DNA from: Epithemia pelagica
Lineage: Eukaryota; Protista; Bacillariophyta
Assembly: GCA_946965045.2 (NCBI GenBank)
Contig: OX337239.1
Location: forward strand, 744,001 to 808,000
Direction of reading: 5' to 3'
Length of the DNA stretch: 64,000 bases
In this document: piece by piece, positions 61,494 through 64,000 of the stretch
How positions within the stretch are numbered: the first letter of the stretch is position 1
How the letters are laid out: the number at the start of each line of letters is the position of its first letter
Position numbers and translations under genes: made by a program
Notes under the pieces: model-generated
Seen by the model: the letters and a program-made list of their open reading frames with translations, nothing else
Databases searched by the model: none
What the model was told of the DNA's origin: nothing

Positions 61494-64000
61494 ATGGCAG
61501 CAAACGACGATCCGCAAGAAAACACGGACGTTTTCATGCCAGACAAGCCCATCATGGGCGGACTGGTGCAGTCCCGACGTGACGAGTACGTCGTTTGGAC
61601 TGGAGGAAAACCGAAACATGACTGGTCCAAGTTAGATGACTCAGCCAAGACGGAACCTCTCAGGAGTCTCCAGTTACGTACCTTAACAGACAAGCGGTAC
61701 ATCGACCGCGTAACTGGACCTATTGACAAGTTTGACAAGAAGAAAGGCGATTTCTCGCGATTGCAGGATGAGCTCAATCGGCACTTTGTCAAACATGGGA
61801 TGGACACGATTGTGTACTTACCTGACCCCAAGAACTCCACATCGATGATCAACATCATCACGGAGCATCCTCGTTTCACCAACGAGCGCGTCCAGGACCT
61901 GATGGCAGTGCAGATCCAAAAATACGATAAGTACGATCAGAACAATGACGCAGCGGCTCAGGACTACTTACTCGATTCTCTCGAGAAAACCTTTCGTCGC
62001 GAAGTAGAGGACCAATCCCGCTCTGCGAACTCGTTTCCCGTCCTCTTTATGGTAATCGTCCGCATCATTACGGACGACTCCATCGAACATTGGGAGTTGG
62101 TAAAGGGTGAGATGCGCAGTCTGGTACCACAACAGTACTCAGGACACGACATTACCGCACTTACCACTGATTTCGCGAACAAGGCACGTCCTCTTTCGGC
62201 TGCTGGTCTTTATGACCACACCCTCACCGCGAATCTCCTCAAGAACATCCTCACCGCTGAATGGCCGGAAACTCCAAAATTTGACCTCTTGATTCTCAAC
62301 AAGAAAGTCAAAGACGCCGTAGAACACATCCGTTTTCTCAATTGTTCCGTCGCTGACTCCTACATGAGCACCAACAAGCTCCTGTACACGCACGTCTCCG
62401 AGATCGCCAACAACCGGTACCTTGTTAGTGTCAAGCAAGGCGAATGGAGTGCCAAAAGCTCCCACAAGGACAGCAAGGCCTTACCTGTTTCTTATGGCGG
62501 GAACCTGACAGTGACAAACAATCGCCGTGGCAAGACCCATATCGGCTACCAAGCCAATGCCCTCATCCCTCAGATGCAAACGTATGGTAAGAGCAAGAAC
62601 AGTTTTCGTGAGAAGGGGAAGAGCAAGAGCAACAACAAGTTCAAAGGCAAAACGGACAAGCCTTCTTCCACACCCAAAAACGATTCTACTCACCAATGGA
62701 AACGTGTTCCCCCTGCAGACGGCCAGCCGGATGAACGTACCAAAGACGACCAAACATATTTCTGGTGCGGCACTTGCAAGATCTGGAACACCACGCATCG
62801 TACTAGCAAGCATATTGTCGGATTCAAATCCATGGCCAAGAACAACAAGAACCAACAGAAACATAAAGCATCCGCTCATGTTCTTGAGTTTGACGCAACG
62901 GCCTGGAAAGCAGAACTCGACCTCCATTCTCGCTACTGGGACAGGGACATTGTCAGAGAAATGGACAAGGAAGAATATGAGTTCTGTGAAGACAACTCAG
63001 AGGACGACGATTACGACCACTGTGACGACTCACCTGATGAGGAATACGAACTTTGTGCCTTCATGGCCTCCTTTGAAGAAGACGAAGAAAGCAAAGAAGA
63101 AAGGTATGAAGAAACCAAGTCCAATGAAGATTCAAGCTCGCTCTTCTCCAACACCACTCACCAAGCTGTTACACCGGATCGTGTCACTTCAGCCAACATT
63201 AAAGAAAAACAGTTCAGTGAGAGTGATATGGAAGACTCATCAGGAACCAGTACCATTGGAACGTTTGAGCCTACCTTTCCAGTCGTCGAGCCATCCAAGA
63301 ACAACGGACCAACATACTTCGATCAATGGAATGACATGGATCTCACGATGACAAACAACCATGATGACGATCCGCTCGATCCATTGAATGACGCTGCAAC
63401 CCAACGATTTCTCGAGGACATGTACGACAAAGAAATCACAGCAGCAGCAGCAATCAATGAGAACTACGACGAAATGGAAAGTGAAGAGACAGATCTCACT
63501 TACAAAACTCCTGAAACAAGCACGGACACATCGACCGATGCAATCAAGCATCTCCAAGCTGGACAATTGGCGAGTCTGGAAAAGAAACTACCAGCCATCT
63601 CTCCAATCCATCAGGCACGACCTCTGCCACCACGGCCAAATGCTCCCTTGCCCTTTTCTCCGAACGATCCGACTCCGCCGCCTCCTCCTCCAAGACGACG
63701 GCTGAGCATCCCTGCATCGACAAAATATGCAATGCAGCATATCATTCTCGAAGCAGAGCAAGCAAAAAGAGATGGGATGAGGTACGAGAGAGCAGCCAAA
63801 ACCGTGTTCGCAAACGCTTGGCGAGAGCCGAGACTTACCGTGGCTGAGGCATACCAACGTGTCAAAGAAGAGGAATGGGCAATGGGATACTTCGTTGATG
63901 GAATGCCCATTCCGAATCACCCTCGACCAGCATCTTGCTTTCCTGGAATGTCGCCCATTCCACCAGGCCCGATGGTTCCTTGTTTTCAACCGATGGACAC
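61494..64000 (+). CDS. gag-like ORF of a second, distinct CoDi-type copia element; 3'-partial and absent from the ORF track because it has no stop in the window
   Basis: Manual translation is open from 61125 to 64000: MAANDDPQ...WTGGKP...GMDTIVYLPDP...QWKRVPP...WCGTCKIWNTTHRTSKH (CCHH-type knuckle). These are motifs I associate with diatom CoDi gag proteins. Confidence 0.75.
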   Translation, partial: MAANDDPQENTDVFMPDKPIMGGLVQSRRDEYVVWTGGKPKHDWSKLDDSAKTEPLRSLQLRTLTDKRYIDRVTGPIDKFDKKKGDFSRLQDELNRHFVKHGMDTIVYLPDPKNSTSMINIITEHPRFTNERVQDLMAVQIQKYDKYDQNNDAAAQDYLLDSLEKTFRREVEDQSRSANSFPVLFMVIVRIITDDSIEHWELVKGEMRSLVPQQYSGHDITALTTDFANKARPLSAAGLYDHTLTANLLKNILTAEWPETPKFDLLILNKKVKDAVEHIRFLNCSVADSYMSTNKLLYTHVSEIANNRYLVSVKQGEWSAKSSHKDSKALPVSYGGNLTVTNNRRGKTHIGYQANALIPQMQTYGKSKNSFREKGKSKSNNKFKGKTDKPSSTPKNDSTHQWKRVPPADGQPDERTKDDQTYFWCGTCKIWNTTHRTSKHIVGFKSMAKNNKNQQKHKASAHVLEFDATAWKAELDLHSRYWDRDIVREMDKEEYEFCEDNSEDDDYDHCDDSPDEEYELCAFMASFEEDEESKEERYEETKSNEDSSSLFSNTTHQAVTPDRVTSANIKEKQFSESDMEDSSGTSTIGTFEPTFPVVEPSKNNGPTYFDQWNDMDLTMTNNHDDDPLDPLNDAATQRFLEDMYDKEITAAAAINENYDEMESEETDLTYKTPETSTDTSTDAIKHLQAGQLASLEKKLPAISPIHQARPLPPRPNAPLPFSPNDPTPPPPPPRRRLSIPASTKYAMQHIILEAEQAKRDGMRYERAAKTVFANAWREPRLTVAEAYQRVKEEEWAMGYFVDGMPIPNHPRPASCFPGMSPIPPGPMVPCFQPMD

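Noticed and set aside
2725-64000. The many short overlapping and antisense ORFs in the track (e.g. 11999-12961, 49865-51199, 22065-23051, 61172-61882)
   Set aside because: They are shadows of real genes on the opposite strand or arise from low-complexity triplet tracts, and show no independent motifs.
1-64000. rRNA/tRNA genes or a bacterial-origin island
   Set aside because: No recognisable structural RNA genes were seen. Spliceosomal introns and eukaryotic targeting signals occur across the host genes.

Overview
Eukaryotic nuclear DNA, most likely from a pennate diatom. The evidence is GT-AG introns, signal peptide plus ASAFAP-like plastid presequences, poly-Q/T/S coding tracts, CoDi-type Ty1/copia elements and an Ambal-like LINE. 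Host genes include an MFS transporter, tRNase Z (ELAC2-type), two sulfatases, an M16A peptidase, an ARM-repeat protein, two FkbM-type methyltransferase copies, DUF2834-like and DUF4336 proteins, a SAP-domain protein, a GT10 fucosyltransferase, a GT23-like pseudogene and a papain-like pseudogene. Four mobile elements are present: (1) a young full-length Ty1/copia at 25304-32115 with 318-bp LTRs, one LTR mismatch and a CTTTC TSD; (2) a full-length Ambal-like LINE at 35458-43178 with a 21-bp TSD, inserted in one arm of an inverted duplication; (3) a non-autonomous TIR element carrying gene-like cargo at 58813-60436; (4) the 5' part of a second, different copia lineage running off the window end. 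The most striking signal is in the first copia. It has no tRNA-type primer-binding site. Instead, the 14 nt right after the 5' LTR are the perfect reverse complement of a 14-mer inside the LTR that follows an initiator-like motif. This is the architecture of Tf1-style self-primed reverse transcription, which is best characterised in Ty3/gypsy elements. The same element carries two extra ORFs upstream of gag and a frameshifting 34-bp triplication offset by an inferred 2-bp deletion. All calls come from reading the sequence by eye; no database searches were run.
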